Assembly: GCA_963664705.1 (NCBI GenBank)
Contig: OY761556.1
Location: forward strand, 3,552,001-3,616,000
DNA from: Acidobacteriota bacterium
GTDB lineage: Bacteria > Acidobacteriota > UBA6911
Direction: 5' to 3'
Length of the DNA stretch: 64,000 nt
The notes beneath the pieces are model-generated. The model did not search any database, was not told where the DNA came from, and saw only the letters and a program-made list of their open reading frames with translations. The position numbers and the translations under genes were made by a program. Below are positions 50,114 through 61,429 of this stretch, in pieces; the first letter of the stretch is position 1, and every line of letters starts with the position of its first letter.

Positions 50114-53005
50114 CTATGGCTCCGCATACTCCTCAATGGGAGGACACAGGCAAATCAGGTTGCGATCGCCGAAGGGATTGTCAATCCTGCCGACGGAGGG
50201 CCAGAACTTGCGTTCGCGAACCCATGCAACGGGAAATGCAGCCTGCTCGCGCGAATAAGGATGTGGCCACTCCTGCTTCAAGAGCGATTCCACCGTGTGC
50301 GGCGCATTCTTTAATAGGTTGTCAGTAGAAGGCACTCTCCCCTCTTCAATCGCGGCAATCTCCTTCCGAATTGAAATCATGGCGTCGCAAAACCGATTCA
50401 ATTCCTCAAGGGACTCGCTCTCCGTCGGCTCAATCATCATGGTGCCGGGCACGGGGAAGGAAATGGTTGGCGCGTGAAATCCGTAATCCATCAACCTTTT
50501 TGCGACATCCTCTACTTCTATTCCTGCGCTCTTTTTCAGAGGACGAAGATCCACAATGCACTCATGCGCTACGAAGCCATTCCGGCCTTTGAACAGGACC
50601 GGGTAATGAGGGTCGAGCCGCCTGGCCACATAGTTGGCATTGAGAATCGCATAACAGGTCGCCTCCCGCAGTCCCCGTGCTCCCATCATGCAGATATATG
50701 CCCATGAAATCGGCAATATGTTCGCACTCCCCCAGGGAGAAGAGGAAACCGGTCCAATGCCTTCGCTCCCGCCCGTAGAAACGACAGGATGACCCGGCAG
50801 AAAACCGGCCAGATGTGCAGCGACCGCAATGGGACCAACTCCGGGTCCTCCGCCGCCGTGCGGTATGCAGAAGGTCTTATGCAGATTCAAGTGACATACA
50901 TCCGCTCCGATTTCAAGCGGCCGGCACAGGCCTACCTGCGCGTTCATGTTTGCTCCGTCCATATATACCTGGCCGCCGGCCGCATGCACGGCTGCGCAGA
51001 TCTCCTGGATGGATTCCTCAAAAACACCGTGCGTTGATGGATATGTAACCATCAACGCCGCGAGCGTATCCCGATATTGTTCCGCCTTCTTCTTCAAATC
51101 TCCTACATCGATATTGCCGTTTTCGTCACAGGCGACCACAACAACCTTCATCCCTGCCATTACCGCGCTGGCCGGATTTGTCCCGTGCGCGGAATCGGGG
51201 ATCAGGCAAATGTTTCGATGTCCCTCCCCCTGCTTCTCATGGTATTTGCGGATGACAAGCAATCCGGAGTATTCACCTTGCGACCCGGCATTCGGCTGCA
51301 GCGACACGGCCGCAAGGCCGGTAATCTCGCACAGCCATTCCTCCAACTGCCTGAACAAAACCCGATATCCTTCGGCCTGATCGGCTGGGACGAATGGATG
51401 GATTCTGGAAAATTCCGGCCACGTGATCGGAATCATCTCCGCCGTCGCATTCAGCTTCATCGTGCAGGAGCCGAGGGGAATCATCGACACATTCAAAGCA
51501 AGATCCTTGCTTTCGAGACGATGCAGGTATCGCAGAAACTCGGTCTCCGAATGGTGCTGTTGAAATACCGGATGGGTGAGGAAGCTGCTGGCACGCACGA
51601 GAGGTTCCGGAATCGCAGGCAAGGCTTCCTTCAACAATTCCTCAACGCTAAACGGGAGGGATGCCTCCATGGAAAATATCTGCAGCAGGTCCGCCAGATC
51701 GTCCACGCTTGTCGTCTCATTGAAGCTGATTCCGATCACTCCATCTCTCACCTGCCGCAGGTTGATCTCACGGGCACGAGCGCGGTTCAATATTTGTTCC
51801 GCCGCGTGAGGAGCGGTTTCAACACGCAGCGTATCAAAGAATGCATCGGGTCCCGGTGCATAGCCAAGGCGCCTTAATCCATCGCGAAGGGCGCAAGTAA
51901 AGAGATGCACGCGCCGGGCAATTTGTCGGAGGCCCTCCGGACCATGGTAGACCGCATACATGCTCGCCATGACACCAAGCAGCACCTGCGCTGTACAGAT
52001 ATTGCTTGTGGCCTTATCGCGCCGAATGTGTTGTTCCCGGGTCTGCAGAGCAAGCCGCAATGCCGGCTTCCCGTTAGAATCCCGGGACACGCCAACGATA
52101 CGGCCGGGCATCTGCCGTTTGTAAGCATCGCGCGTAGCAAAATAGCCCGCATGAGGACCGCCATAGCCCAAAGGAACACCAAATCGCTGAGAACTCCCTA
52201 CCGCGATGTCGGCACCCAATTCCCCGGGAGCCCTCAGAAGGACGAGAGCGAGGAGATCCGCGGCAACGGTTACAAGTGCGCCGAAATCGTGGGCCCGGCG
52301 GATAAATTCGGAGTAGTCGCAGACCGAGCCTTCATCCGCGGGATATTGCAGGAGCGCCCCAAAAACGGGACTGGAAAAATCGAAGGTCTCATAATTTCCG
52401 ACGATCAATTCGAAGCCACGCGCCAGCGCCCGGGTCCGAACCACCTCGATTGTTTGCGGGTAGCAGGCCTCGGATATAAAGAAACGGTTCGAACCGTTTT
52501 TGCTGAGTCCATGGCTCATGGTCATTGCTTCCGCAGCGGCAGTGCCTTCGTCCAGCAATGATGAATTTGCTATTTCCAACCCGGTCAAATCGCAAACCAT
52601 GGTCTGGAAATTGAGCAATGCCTCCAGCCGTCCCTGGGAAATCTCAGCCTGATAGGGAGTATAGGCCGTATACCAGCCCGGGTTCTCGAGGATATTGCGC
52701 TGAATAACCGGAGGAGTAATGCAGTCATGGTATCCCATGCCGATGAACGATCGGAAGATCCTGTTCATGGATGCCAGCTTTTGCAGTCGGCTCAACATGG
52801 TGTATTCCGACAGTGTTTCGCCAATCCGGAGCGGTTGCGGAATCCGGATTGAGGGCGGGATGGTCTCCGAAACTAATTCTTCCATTTCGGAAAGATTCAG
52901 TTCCGCAAGCATTTCGGCTGCATTTTCAGGCCGAGGGCCGATGTGCCGCCGGATGAAAGAGTCTGCATTTTCCATTGAGAACCCGAGTTTTGTGATGGGT
53001 GGCAT
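50114..53005 (-). CDS. gcvP: Glycine dehydrogenase (decarboxylating), single-chain P protein
   Basis: [60 protein letters not shown]. Confidence 0.97.
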   Translation of the reverse strand: MPPITKLGFSMENADSFIRRHIGPRPENAAEMLAELNLSEMEELVSETIPPSIRIPQPLRIGETLSEYTMLSRLQKLASMNRIFRSFIGMGYHDCITPPVIQRNILENPGWYTAYTPYQAEISQGRLEALLNFQTMVCDLTGLEIANSSLLDEGTAAAEAMTMSHGLSKNGSNRFFISEACYPQTIEVVRTRALARGFELIVGNYETFDFSSPVFGALLQYPADEGSVCDYSEFIRRAHDFGALVTVAADLLALVLLRAPGELGADIAVGSSQRFGVPLGYGGPHAGYFATRDAYKRQMPGRIVGVSRDSNGKPALRLALQTREQHIRRDKATSNICTAQVLLGVMASMYAVYHGPEGLRQIARRVHLFTCALRDGLRRLGYAPGPDAFFDTLRVETAPHAAEQILNRARAREINLRQVRDGVIGISFNETTSVDDLADLLQIFSMEASLPFSVEELLKEALPAIPEPLVRASSFLTHPVFQQHHSETEFLRYLHRLESKDLALNVSMIPLGSCTMKLNATAEMIPITWPEFSRIHPFVPADQAEGYRVLFRQLEEWLCEITGLAAVSLQPNAGSQGEYSGLLVIRKYHEKQGEGHRNICLIPDSAHGTNPASAVMAGMKVVVVACDENGNIDVGDLKKKAEQYRDTLAALMVTYPSTHGVFEESIQEICAAVHAAGGQVYMDGANMNAQVGLCRPLEIGADVCHLNLHKTFCIPHGGGGPGVGPIAVAAHLAGFLPGHPVVSTGGSEGIGPVSSSPWGSANILPISWAYICMMGARGLREATCYAILNANYVARRLDPHYPVLFKGRNGFVAHECIVDLRPLKKSAGIEVEDVAKRLMDYGFHAPTISFPVPGTMMIEPTESESLEELNRFCDAMISIRKEIAAIEEGRVPSTDNLLKNAPHTVESLLKQEWPHPYSREQAAFPVAWVRERKFWPSVGRIDNPFGDRNLICLCPPIEEYAEP

Positions 53006-53212
53006 GTTTGATCCCCTGGCTAGAATGAATCCCTGCGCACGGTATATCCTGATTCCAGGTCACGCTTCTAGAGTTTAACTCCGGAAACGCAGGGACTCAA
53101 AGTGCAGATGAATGGAATTCAGCCGGCTCACGATGTTTCCTTGCGAAATTCGTGATTTTTTTGCAATTTTACCTGCTACAATGGGCCGACTCATTTACAA
53201 AGGATGCACGCT

Positions 53213-53845
53213 ATGTCTTTGATTCAGTTCACACGAAACCATTCTGACCATTCCACCGATAAAGGATATCAGTTTGAATTCTTCTGCGACCGCTGTGGCA
53301 ACGGGTACATGAGCGAATTCAAGGCTTCCGTTACAGGGCTGGCTGGAAGCGCGCTGCGCGCGGCCAGCAACATTTTTGGCGGAGTATTCGGACATGTCAG
53401 CAGTGGAGCCTATGAGATAGAACGTGCAATCCAGGGGCCGGCGCATGACAAGGCATTCAGGGAAGCGGTTGAAGAAACGAAGCCCCGTTTTCGACAATGC
53501 CCGAAATGTGCGAAATGGGTCTGCCAGGAAATGTGCTGGAATGGCAAACGGGGGCTCTGCTACGAATGCGCGCCGAACGTTGAAACCGAACTGGCGGCCG
53601 CGCAAGCCCAATACACGGTTGAACAGTTGCGCACCAAAGTTCAATCCCAGGATCTTACCAAAGATATCGATGTGACCAGTGAAGCGGTGGCGCTTTGTCC
53701 TCACTGCGGAGCGCGCACCCAGGGAGCAAAATTCTGTCCGGAATGCGGACAGAACCTTCGCCCCAAACTCGAATGCGCTCGCTGCGGGACTCAGGCGGAA
53801 GCAGGCACCAAATTCTGCCCTGAATGTGGCAACAAGCTGACCTAG
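53213..53845 (+). CDS. Multi zinc-ribbon (DZR) domain protein
   Basis: Eight CxxC-type pairs (CDRC, CPKC, CQEMC, CYEC, CPHC, FCPECG, CARC, FCPECG). Start 53204 or 53213. Confidence 0.85.
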   Translation: MSLIQFTRNHSDHSTDKGYQFEFFCDRCGNGYMSEFKASVTGLAGSALRAASNIFGGVFGHVSSGAYEIERAIQGPAHDKAFREAVEETKPRFRQCPKCAKWVCQEMCWNGKRGLCYECAPNVETELAAAQAQYTVEQLRTKVQSQDLTKDIDVTSEAVALCPHCGARTQGAKFCPECGQNLRPKLECARCGTQAEAGTKFCPECGNKLT

Positions 53846-53882
53846 ATGTGCAAAGCGCCGTCGGGAAATCCGTCGCGGCGCA

Positions 53883-54674
53883 TTACGAAGCTTTGTGAAC
53901 CCAGCGAAAGATAGCGTCTGCTTTCTGTTCGCCATCCTGCTGGCGCGCTCTCAGGATTTCGCAGTTCCGGCTCATGATCTGGAACACATCCTCCATTAAC
54001 CGGTGTTTCTCCGCTTTTGCATATGATGAAAGATCGATCGGACGATCGATCTTTATGCGTATGATCACTCCTGGATTGACCTGCAGAGTTCTCGGAATGA
54101 TGACGCGATAGCTCCCATCCAGTGATACGGGAACGACCGGCACGCCGGTACGCAATGCGAGCGCAAATGCCCCGCTGTGAAACTTGCCCAGCTCGCCCGT
54201 CCTGCTGCGCGTCCCTTCCGGAAAGGCAATGGCATTCACGCCCCCCTGGATGATAGCAGCAGCTTCAATAATACTTTTTGCTGCCTCTCTCGGGTTCTCG
54301 CGATCAATGGCAATATATCCCGAACGACGCATGTGCCATCCCATGAAGGGCACGCGGAACAGCGATTTTTTCGCTATCCAGCGGAATTGAATGGGCAGGT
54401 ACGCGGCAAGCGAGAGGATATCGTGAAGCCCACTATGGTTTGCGACCAGTATTTGTGGACGGGTGCGGTCAATATTTTCGATGCCTTCAATTTCAACGCG
54501 GGCACGGCTAAGCCAGAGATTATCTTTCGACCATCTCCGCATACAAAAATGCTGCAGGGATCCCTTCCCGGAAGCTAAACTGCTCAGCACAGATACCGAG
54601 CCCCAGAATGCAGTACTCAAGGCACATCCGGTCCAACACCATGCTGTAAATATTCTGGATTTAAGCTGATTCAT
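53883..54674 (-). CDS. 1-acyl-sn-glycerol-3-phosphate acyltransferase (PlsC family)
   Basis: NHSGLHD, AKKSLFRVP, IDR, FPEGTRS. Confidence 0.92.
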   Translation of the reverse strand: MNQLKSRIFTAWCWTGCALSTAFWGSVSVLSSLASGKGSLQHFCMRRWSKDNLWLSRARVEIEGIENIDRTRPQILVANHSGLHDILSLAAYLPIQFRWIAKKSLFRVPFMGWHMRRSGYIAIDRENPREAAKSIIEAAAIIQGGVNAIAFPEGTRSRTGELGKFHSGAFALALRTGVPVVPVSLDGSYRVIIPRTLQVNPGVIIRIKIDRPIDLSSYAKAEKHRLMEDVFQIMSRNCEILRARQQDGEQKADAIFRWVHKAS

Positions 54675-54683
54675 CGAAACCCA

Positions 54684-54757
54684 CGATTTACGATCAGACC
54701 CTTTGCCACGAAAGACCGCATTATCGCCCTGTTTCCCCAATCGTCAATCGTAAATCG
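54684..54757. repeat. Intergenic inverted repeat with CGATT(T/G)A heptamer units
   Basis: CGATTTACGAT pairs with ATCGTAAATCG; the right arm is CAATCGT-CAATCGT-AAATCG. Confidence 0.6.
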
Positions 54758-54760
54758 ACC

Positions 54761-56167
54761 TCATCCCCTGCTTCTTCTGCTTTTCCAGAAAAAGTACACC
54801 GGGACGCCGGTGAGGACAATGATCAGACCCGGCCAGGTAAAACGCGGTTTTACAAATAGCAGATCCAGCATGACAAGAAAAGCCATGAGGATATATACGG
54901 CGGGCAATACGGGATATCCCCATGCTTTATAAGGACGATCCAGGTCGGGCCGCTTCTTCCTCAGGACAAATAGTCCGCTGACGGTTAGAACGTAAAACAG
55001 CAGTGCCGCAAAAATGACATAATCCAGCAGATCGCTGTAGGTGCCGCTCAGGACCAGAAGTGAAGCCCAGGCAGCCTGAATAATCAGAGAGAAAACCGGC
55101 GTATGACTTCGAGACGATATGCGTGAAGCGCGTTCAAAGAAAAGACCGTCGGAAGCCATCGCGTAATAAACTCGGGCTCCTGCCAAAATCAGTCCGTTTG
55201 CGCAGCCGAAGGTTGAAATCAGGATGGCCACGCTGATAAAGGTCATGCCCCACGGTCCCATCAGGCTTTGTGCCGCCAGGGTACCGACCCGATCCTCAGG
55301 CGCCGAAGCGATGGCCGAAAGGGGAAGAACTTTTAAATAAACAACATTTGCGCAAATATAAATCAGCGATACCGACCCTGTACCAATCAATAGGGACAAG
55401 GGCAGATTTCGCTTCGGATTGACGACTTCGCTCCCCGTAAAGGTAACGTTATTCCAGGCGTCCGCAGAAAAGAGAGACCCGACGAGAGAACCTCCGAGTA
55501 CGGCAAGCATGGCCAGATTGATGGATGAAGGCCAAAAGGAAACCAGGTTTTCCTTCTCAGCCGTCATGTTTCCGTGGGAGAGCAGTCCCATCACGACAAG
55601 CACCAGCAATCCGCCGATTTTAGCAACGGTAAAGATATTCTGCACCACTGCACCCTGGCGCAGACCGCGGCAATTCACGTAGGTCAGAAGCGCCACCACC
55701 AGGATCGCCACTGTGTGCTGGCTGGTGATGTGATAGCCGAACGGCAGAGGGATCAGAACCCTTGACACAGAAATCCATGGCACAAAAAGGCCCGCGAACT
55801 TGGAAAATGCAACGACTACGGCAGCGATCGTTCCGGTCTGGATAACGAGAAATAATGTCCAGCCATATAGAAAGCCAAATAGCGGCCCAAAAGCTTCGCG
55901 TAGAAAGATATACTGCCCGCCGGCATGGGGCATGGCGGCCGATAGCTCACCATAGCTGAGCGCCGCCAGCACCGTCATGATCGCCGCAATCCCCCAGGCG
56001 ATCAAAAGCAGACCCGGAGATCGGAGGCTGCGAGCCATGTCGGCCGAAACAATGAATATGCCGGATCCGATCATGCTTCCCATGATCAGAGTTGTGGCAT
56101 CGAACAATCGCAAACCGCGTACGAGCTGGTTTTCTTGGATCTTGCTCTGGACAGGGGGGGCGTTCAT
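54761..56167 (-). CDS. APC-family amino acid permease
   Basis: GSMIGSGIF, YGELSAAMPHAGGQY, SEVVNPKRNLP, RPYKAWGYP; about 12 TM. Confidence 0.93.
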   Translation of the reverse strand: MNAPPVQSKIQENQLVRGLRLFDATTLIMGSMIGSGIFIVSADMARSLRSPGLLLIAWGIAAIMTVLAALSYGELSAAMPHAGGQYIFLREAFGPLFGFLYGWTLFLVIQTGTIAAVVVAFSKFAGLFVPWISVSRVLIPLPFGYHITSQHTVAILVVALLTYVNCRGLRQGAVVQNIFTVAKIGGLLVLVVMGLLSHGNMTAEKENLVSFWPSSINLAMLAVLGGSLVGSLFSADAWNNVTFTGSEVVNPKRNLPLSLLIGTGSVSLIYICANVVYLKVLPLSAIASAPEDRVGTLAAQSLMGPWGMTFISVAILISTFGCANGLILAGARVYYAMASDGLFFERASRISSRSHTPVFSLIIQAAWASLLVLSGTYSDLLDYVIFAALLFYVLTVSGLFVLRKKRPDLDRPYKAWGYPVLPAVYILMAFLVMLDLLFVKPRFTWPGLIIVLTGVPVYFFWKSRRSRG

Positions 56168-56197
56168 GGGCAGTCCTGACTATGCGGGTTGCAAATC

Positions 56198-56240
56198 TCA
56201 GATTCCAGATTGGGAAAACTATTCCCGATCCGGAATCTGA
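56198..56240. repeat. Intergenic hairpin
   Basis: TCAGATTCC-AGAT-TGGGAA...TTCCCG-ATCC-GGAATCTGA. Confidence 0.55.
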
Positions 56241-56257
56241 AGTCTGAAATGACCTGA

Positions 56258-56464
56258 TTAGCTTTCGATTTTGAAACCAACCTTTAGGACTACCTGGTAT
56301 TCCGCGACCTTGCCATCTTTGACATTTCCCCGCTGCTCAACCACCTCAAACCAGTCAATGTGCCGGATTGTTTTGGATGCTTCCGCGATGGCTGATTGAA
56401 CCGCTTCTGTGAATCCCACATTTGATGTTCCAACAATCTCTATCTTCTTGTATGTTCCAGGCAT
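56258..56464 (-). CDS. Dodecin (flavin-binding)
   Basis: YKKIEIVGTS, WFEVVEQRG, YQVVLKVGF; AAGGAGG RBS. Confidence 0.93.
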   Translation of the reverse strand: MPGTYKKIEIVGTSNVGFTEAVQSAIAEASKTIRHIDWFEVVEQRGNVKDGKVAEYQVVLKVGFKIES

Positions 56465-56539
56465 TGATCAACCTCCTTACAGTAGGATCTATCATACGGT
56501 GAATTGAGACTAAATTCGAGTCACGAAAATCGAGATACT

Positions 56540-56995
56540 CTATTCCCTGGAGCGTTTCTCCGCCTCTTCCAGCCAACCGCGGCGCAGATCGCCCATCGCG
56601 ATGCTCGATGTATAGGGCTTGATATCGAGAACCGGAGTCCCGTCCAGCATATCGATACCCTTCAGATGAAGGAATCGTCCCTCGCGATGCGACAGTTCGA
56701 CATTCGTCAATCCGATCGAATTGGGCCGGCGGGGGGACCGGGTGGAGAAGACACCATGCACCCGGCCGTCTGTCGGAGTTTTACCAACCAGCTCGAAGTC
56801 GGCGGATTTATGAAAAACCCAGAGAATGATCAGATGGGAAAATCCGTCGATATCCTGAAGCCCCGCCTCGAATTCCGGCAAGACCTCCAGCACTCCCTCC
56901 ATTGTGTGTTTTGCTCCCAGTCCCTTCGGGACCTGGCTTGTGTCCGTGTATTCCGACCGGATATATCCAATCGGCTTCATTTTGAATTCGTCCAT
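56540..56995 (-). CDS. tsaA: tRNA (N6-threonylcarbamoyladenosine(37)-N6)-methyltransferase TrmO/TsaA
   Basis: PIGYI, GVFSTRSPRRPNSIGL, DGTPVLDIKPY. Confidence 0.9.
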   Translation of the reverse strand: MDEFKMKPIGYIRSEYTDTSQVPKGLGAKHTMEGVLEVLPEFEAGLQDIDGFSHLIILWVFHKSADFELVGKTPTDGRVHGVFSTRSPRRPNSIGLTNVELSHREGRFLHLKGIDMLDGTPVLDIKPYTSSIAMGDLRRGWLEEAEKRSRE

Positions 56996-57075
56996 TGTTT
57001 GCTCCTGCCAGAATTATAGATCGCCTTTCGTTGACTTCGCGGGACCTTTTCAACAGAATTTTCGAGGAGGATCGG

Positions 57076-57825
57076 ATGACTTCAGCTTCGGAAAAGAGAG
57101 TACAGGTAATCGCGCACAGGGGCGCATCCGGGTATGCACCGGAGACCACACTGGAATCGTGCCGGCTCGCCCTCGAAATGGGCTCGGATTCGGTGGAAAT
57201 CGACATTCACCGGCTCCGCGACGGCACGCTCGTGGCCATGCACGATCACGATGTAAGGCGCACCACCAACGGCAAAGGAGAGCTCGCCACGCTGACTCTG
57301 CCCGAACTGAAAGCCCTGGATGCGGGGAGCTGGTTCAACCGGCGCAATCGCAAAAAGGCGAAGCCGCAATACGTGGGATTGAAGGTCCCTACGCTTAAGG
57401 AAGTTCTGGAACTATTGCGCAACACCACAGCCGGCTGCTGCATCGAGATAAAGGATCCGGAACGATATCCGCCGACGCTGGAATCGGAGCTGATCTCGCT
57501 TGTCTATGAATGCGGGATGGAACGGAGAGTGCAGATCCTCTCATTCAGTGCGTCGTCGATTGGAAAAATCAAGGAATTGGACAATTCAATCTCCACGGTG
57601 CTTCTGCTGTCGAGGCATAGGAAAGATCCGGTTGGGGCAGTTCGATTGATTCCGGCCGATGGACTCGCAATCCGCCATGATCTCATCACCGAAACCATCG
57701 TTCATTCCGCCCACGAAAATGGGCTTTCAATATTGGTGTGGACGGTAGACCACGAACAGGACATTCGCAAAATGGTTGCCTTGGGAGTCGACGGCATCAT
57801 CACCAATTACCCCAACCTGGTTTAG
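57076..57825 (+). CDS. Glycerophosphodiester phosphodiesterase
   Basis: IAHRGASGYAPE, EIDI, MHD, EIK, WTVD, GIITNYP; GAGGAGG RBS. Confidence 0.93.
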   Translation: MTSASEKRVQVIAHRGASGYAPETTLESCRLALEMGSDSVEIDIHRLRDGTLVAMHDHDVRRTTNGKGELATLTLPELKALDAGSWFNRRNRKKAKPQYVGLKVPTLKEVLELLRNTTAGCCIEIKDPERYPPTLESELISLVYECGMERRVQILSFSASSIGKIKELDNSISTVLLLSRHRKDPVGAVRLIPADGLAIRHDLITETIVHSAHENGLSILVWTVDHEQDIRKMVALGVDGIITNYPNLV

Positions 57826-57851
57826 GGAGGAAATAAAACAGTCCTAAAATC

Positions 57852-57882
57852 GAATCCAAGGCTCTGAGCGAGCCTTAGATTC
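57852..57882. terminator. Hairpin between convergent genes
   Basis: GAATCCAAGGCTC-tgagc-GAGCCTTAGATTC. Confidence 0.55.
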
Positions 57883-57927
57883 ACAGGATCCATTGAGGCC
57901 AAAATGGTTGAGGCAGCCCGATTCTCG

Positions 57928-59607
57928 CTAATGGGACTCCAGTTCACGGGCGGTAGTGAAGCTGGGAATGATGTCGACCGGAATTAGGGTCAACTTGTCC
58001 AGCGCCTTGCGCACTTCAGGGCGAACCACACCTAACCGGGAAATCAACTGCGTTGCCTTCTCATAGTTTCCTTCCGCCTCAAGCGTCAGCAACTCCCGCG
58101 TCAGCGCCTGCACGCCATCCCCAATCTTCGAGGGGTTAATCGCAAATGTGCCCTCGCTCCCAAGGATCACAGCACCATAATCGAGCAGGAAATTCAACTG
58201 GATTGCCTGCCCTCGACCATGCGCCTCGTTGATTCCGAATCGGATCGATCGGAAGGCCGATGCGAGATAGGTATCATACATGCTCGTCCGCAAACCCGTG
58301 TCCAGCACGCCTCTATCCACCAGGTACCGGAGTGCAAAGAGTCCGGAAATATCCGCCTTGGCTTCCTCAATAGTGCTGTAGGTCTCTTTCAATTGCTGCC
58401 TTACCGTGGTTGCCTGGCCGGCCACGCTGATCTGGTGCGGACCCAGGCCATGCATCAACTCATGCATCACAATATGGGTGAAGAACGCATCGAAGGAGAC
58501 GCGCCTTTGATCCGCTGCGGGCAGCACAAGACGGGAAATCGGGACAAGCACGAGCCTAAATTTTGCCTCCTGCACATTGCGCAACATGACGCGTTTGGCT
58601 CCCTTTTCCTTTACCACCCGCTCATCATTGGGAAGGTTAAACGCGGCCGTCTGGACAGCCCGGTTTCCATCTCCCGAAGCAAGGATTTCATTGACGACGC
58701 TGATGGGGGCCAAGGATCCCAGTTTCGGATTTCGATATCCGGGGTCCATCGGAAGGTTATTCTCAATCTCCTGCAGGTGAGATCCCAGCCTGGACAGTTT
58801 GGCGGTTTCAGCATCATCCCGAATGGCAATAAAAGCCTCGAATGCGGCTTTGGCGTTGAACCATTCATCTTCATACACTTCATAGGGACCGATGGTAGGC
58901 TCAATGCTTGCGTCCATCTCCATCCAGGCTACGTCGCTTTCATAATAATCGTTGCTCAAAAAAGCGGCCGCGCGCTTAACCAAAAAACTCCTGAGGCTGG
59001 GCTGCGCGGTAAGCAATGCGGCTTTGCGCAGGTGCGAGGCAGCGACTTCCAATTCTCCCTGGTACTCGATGCTGTATGGTATCGTGATGAACCGGTCGGT
59101 CCTTTCTCCTGCCGGATACCGGACTGCGGTAAAGAAACCGGCGGCAAGAGCTCGATCAGCCGCAGAAAGCCCTTTCATCCACGCGTCAATCTGATCTTTG
59201 GTTGATCCCTCCGGGTAAAATCCTGCTCCTTCCGGCTTGGCGGGGACTCCCGGAATAAAGGCCTGATTGTGATCAAGTCTCGACCAGGGCCCTTTGTTGA
59301 TCAGGAAATAGCGCAAACGCGCTTTGCCCAGCGGGGATTCATCCTTCAGCAGATCCAGAAGCAAAGAATGGTTGCCCGCCCAAACCTGGCGCAGGAACAG
59401 CGAATCCATAATCAAGCCGGCTTTTACAAGTTCGGCGAGGGCCTGTCGCTCGCCCGCCGGCAGGCTTGAAATATCAGCAGAAATGTCCACGGGGGCATAC
59501 CGTGCCGTCATTGCTTCAAGCTGGGACAGGTCGGGCATCGAGATCTCCTCAGTTTTCAGGGGGATGACAAAGAGCAAGGCAACAATACAAGCCATTATCC
59601 ATTTCAT
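57928..59607 (-). CDS. Dipeptidyl-peptidase III (peptidase M49) family, secreted
   Basis: GPWSRLD, IGPYEVYED, AFNLPND, HELMHGLGP, EEAKAD, RFG..EAHG. Confidence 0.9.
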   Translation of the reverse strand: MKWIMACIVALLFVIPLKTEEISMPDLSQLEAMTARYAPVDISADISSLPAGERQALAELVKAGLIMDSLFLRQVWAGNHSLLLDLLKDESPLGKARLRYFLINKGPWSRLDHNQAFIPGVPAKPEGAGFYPEGSTKDQIDAWMKGLSAADRALAAGFFTAVRYPAGERTDRFITIPYSIEYQGELEVAASHLRKAALLTAQPSLRSFLVKRAAAFLSNDYYESDVAWMEMDASIEPTIGPYEVYEDEWFNAKAAFEAFIAIRDDAETAKLSRLGSHLQEIENNLPMDPGYRNPKLGSLAPISVVNEILASGDGNRAVQTAAFNLPNDERVVKEKGAKRVMLRNVQEAKFRLVLVPISRLVLPAADQRRVSFDAFFTHIVMHELMHGLGPHQISVAGQATTVRQQLKETYSTIEEAKADISGLFALRYLVDRGVLDTGLRTSMYDTYLASAFRSIRFGINEAHGRGQAIQLNFLLDYGAVILGSEGTFAINPSKIGDGVQALTRELLTLEAEGNYEKATQLISRLGVVRPEVRKALDKLTLIPVDIIPSFTTARELESH

Positions 59608-59697
59608 GGTTATAGATTACTCCAGGTATGGATCGCCGTTTCTTCTGTCTGGCGGTTTCATTGCCGCGCTTCGTCCGGATGAAATCCGATTATAGGT

Positions 59698-59726
59698 TTG
59701 AAATGACCTTTTGTATTCTCTATTAT
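59698..59726 (+). promoter_or_regulatory. Putative sigma70 promoter of the top6B-top6A operon
   Basis: TTGAAA-N17-TATTAT, 28 bp before the GTG start. Confidence 0.5.
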
Positions 59727-59754
59727 TTGACCTTTCTAAAACCCAGAGGTCATC

Positions 59755-61383
59755 GTGCCAGAGCAATCATCATTGGATTTGGACAATATCCCGGATGCAG
59801 CCGCGAAGCCCAAAGCACGCCAGACGGCGGAGAGCATGGCTGCGCGTCAACGGGAAATTTCGATTTCGGAATTCTTCAGCAAGAACCGCCATCTTTTGGG
59901 ATTTGATAATCCTCAGAAGGCGCTCCTGACGGCAGTCAAGGAAGCTGTGGACAATTCTCTGGATGCGTGCGAAGAGGCAGGTATTCTTCCGGTACTGCGG
60001 GTAACCATCCAGCAACTGGCTGAGGATCGATTCCGGATTTCGGTCGAAGACAATGGTCCAGGAATTATTAAAGCGCAGATCCCGAAAATCTTCGGGAAAC
60101 TGCTGTATGGGTCAAAATTCCATACATTGAAACAGGCTCGCGGCCAGCAAGGCATCGGCATATCTGCCGCAGGGATGTATGGATTGCTGACGACGGGAAA
60201 ATCCATTGTGGTCACGTCGCGCACGGGCCACGATAAACCGGCCCATTACTACGAGATTCAGATCGACACACGAAAGAATGCGCCTCAAATCATTACGGAC
60301 AAGGTTATCGATTGGGAACCGCCACATGGTACCAAGGTGGAGATCGAGCTGATTGGCACCTACAAAAAAGGGCGGCATTCTGTAGACGACTACATTCGCC
60401 AGACCGCCATCGCCAATCCTCATTGTGAAATATTCTATGCTTCGCCCGATACGCCCGAAACCCTGCATTTGCAGCGCGGATCGGACACACTCCCCCCGGA
60501 GCCCCACGAAATCAAGCCGCATCCGTATGGAGTGGAACTGGGTGTTCTGATTCGCATGATGAAGGAAACGCCGGCGCGGCAACTCAGCGCGGCGTTACAG
60601 CGGGACTTCTCGCGCGTGAGCAATCGAGTTGCCGCCGAAATCTGCAAAGCGGCCTCTCTAAGCCCAAATGCCAACCCGCACACCATCGTGGTTAACGAAG
60701 CCGAACGTCTCTTCAAAGCCATCAACAGCGTCAAGATTATGAGCCCGGCAACCAACTGCCTGTCCCCGATCGGCGAGGATCAGATCCTGTCGGGACTCCA
60801 GAAGGAAATCGAAGCGGATTTCTACACGGCAATCACACGAACTCCTGCTGTATACAGGGGAAATCCATTCCAGGTCGAGGTCGGCCTGGCCTACGGAGGC
60901 AGCCTGGGCCGCGAGGACCTGGTCGATCTTCTGCGTTTCGCCAACCGTGTTCCCCTTCAGTACCAGCAATCCGGATGCGCGATCACAAAAGCGGTGCTTG
61001 GAATTGACTGGCGCAGCTATGGACTGTCCCAATCCAAAGGGGCGCTCCCAATGGGGCCGGTTGTGCTGTTCGTTCACATCGCATCCGCCTGGGTTCCATT
61101 CACCTCTGAAAGCAAAGAAGCGGTCGCAGGCTATCCGGAAATCATGAAGGAGCTGCGCCTGGCCCTCCAGGAATGCGGGCGCAAGCTTGCCATGCATATC
61201 CGGGCACATCGCCGGGCGGTGGATGAAGAAAAGAAAAAATCATATATAGAAAAGTACATCCCCCACATCGGAATCGCCCTTCGGGAAATCCTTGGACTTA
61301 GCGACAAAGCCGAAAAGGACCTGGTGCTGACACTCAAGGACGTTCTGGAGCGCAGTCGGTCCAAGGATAGAATCGAAGATTAA
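59755..61383 (+). CDS. top6B: DNA topoisomerase VI subunit B
   Basis: [58 protein letters not shown]. Confidence 0.96.
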   Translation: MPEQSSLDLDNIPDAAAKPKARQTAESMAARQREISISEFFSKNRHLLGFDNPQKALLTAVKEAVDNSLDACEEAGILPVLRVTIQQLAEDRFRISVEDNGPGIIKAQIPKIFGKLLYGSKFHTLKQARGQQGIGISAAGMYGLLTTGKSIVVTSRTGHDKPAHYYEIQIDTRKNAPQIITDKVIDWEPPHGTKVEIELIGTYKKGRHSVDDYIRQTAIANPHCEIFYASPDTPETLHLQRGSDTLPPEPHEIKPHPYGVELGVLIRMMKETPARQLSAALQRDFSRVSNRVAAEICKAASLSPNANPHTIVVNEAERLFKAINSVKIMSPATNCLSPIGEDQILSGLQKEIEADFYTAITRTPAVYRGNPFQVEVGLAYGGSLGREDLVDLLRFANRVPLQYQQSGCAITKAVLGIDWRSYGLSQSKGALPMGPVVLFVHIASAWVPFTSESKEAVAGYPEIMKELRLALQECGRKLAMHIRAHRRAVDEEKKKSYIEKYIPHIGIALREILGLSDKAEKDLVLTLKDVLERSRSKDRIED

Positions 61384-61429
61384 TGCCGCAATCGGCAGCA
61401 TTTCCTAATCGCACATACGGGGTTTTTCA

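Noticed and set aside
53006-53200. Glycine riboswitch upstream of gcvP
   Set aside because: The conserved GGAGA / CCGAAG / CUCUCAGG elements were not found.
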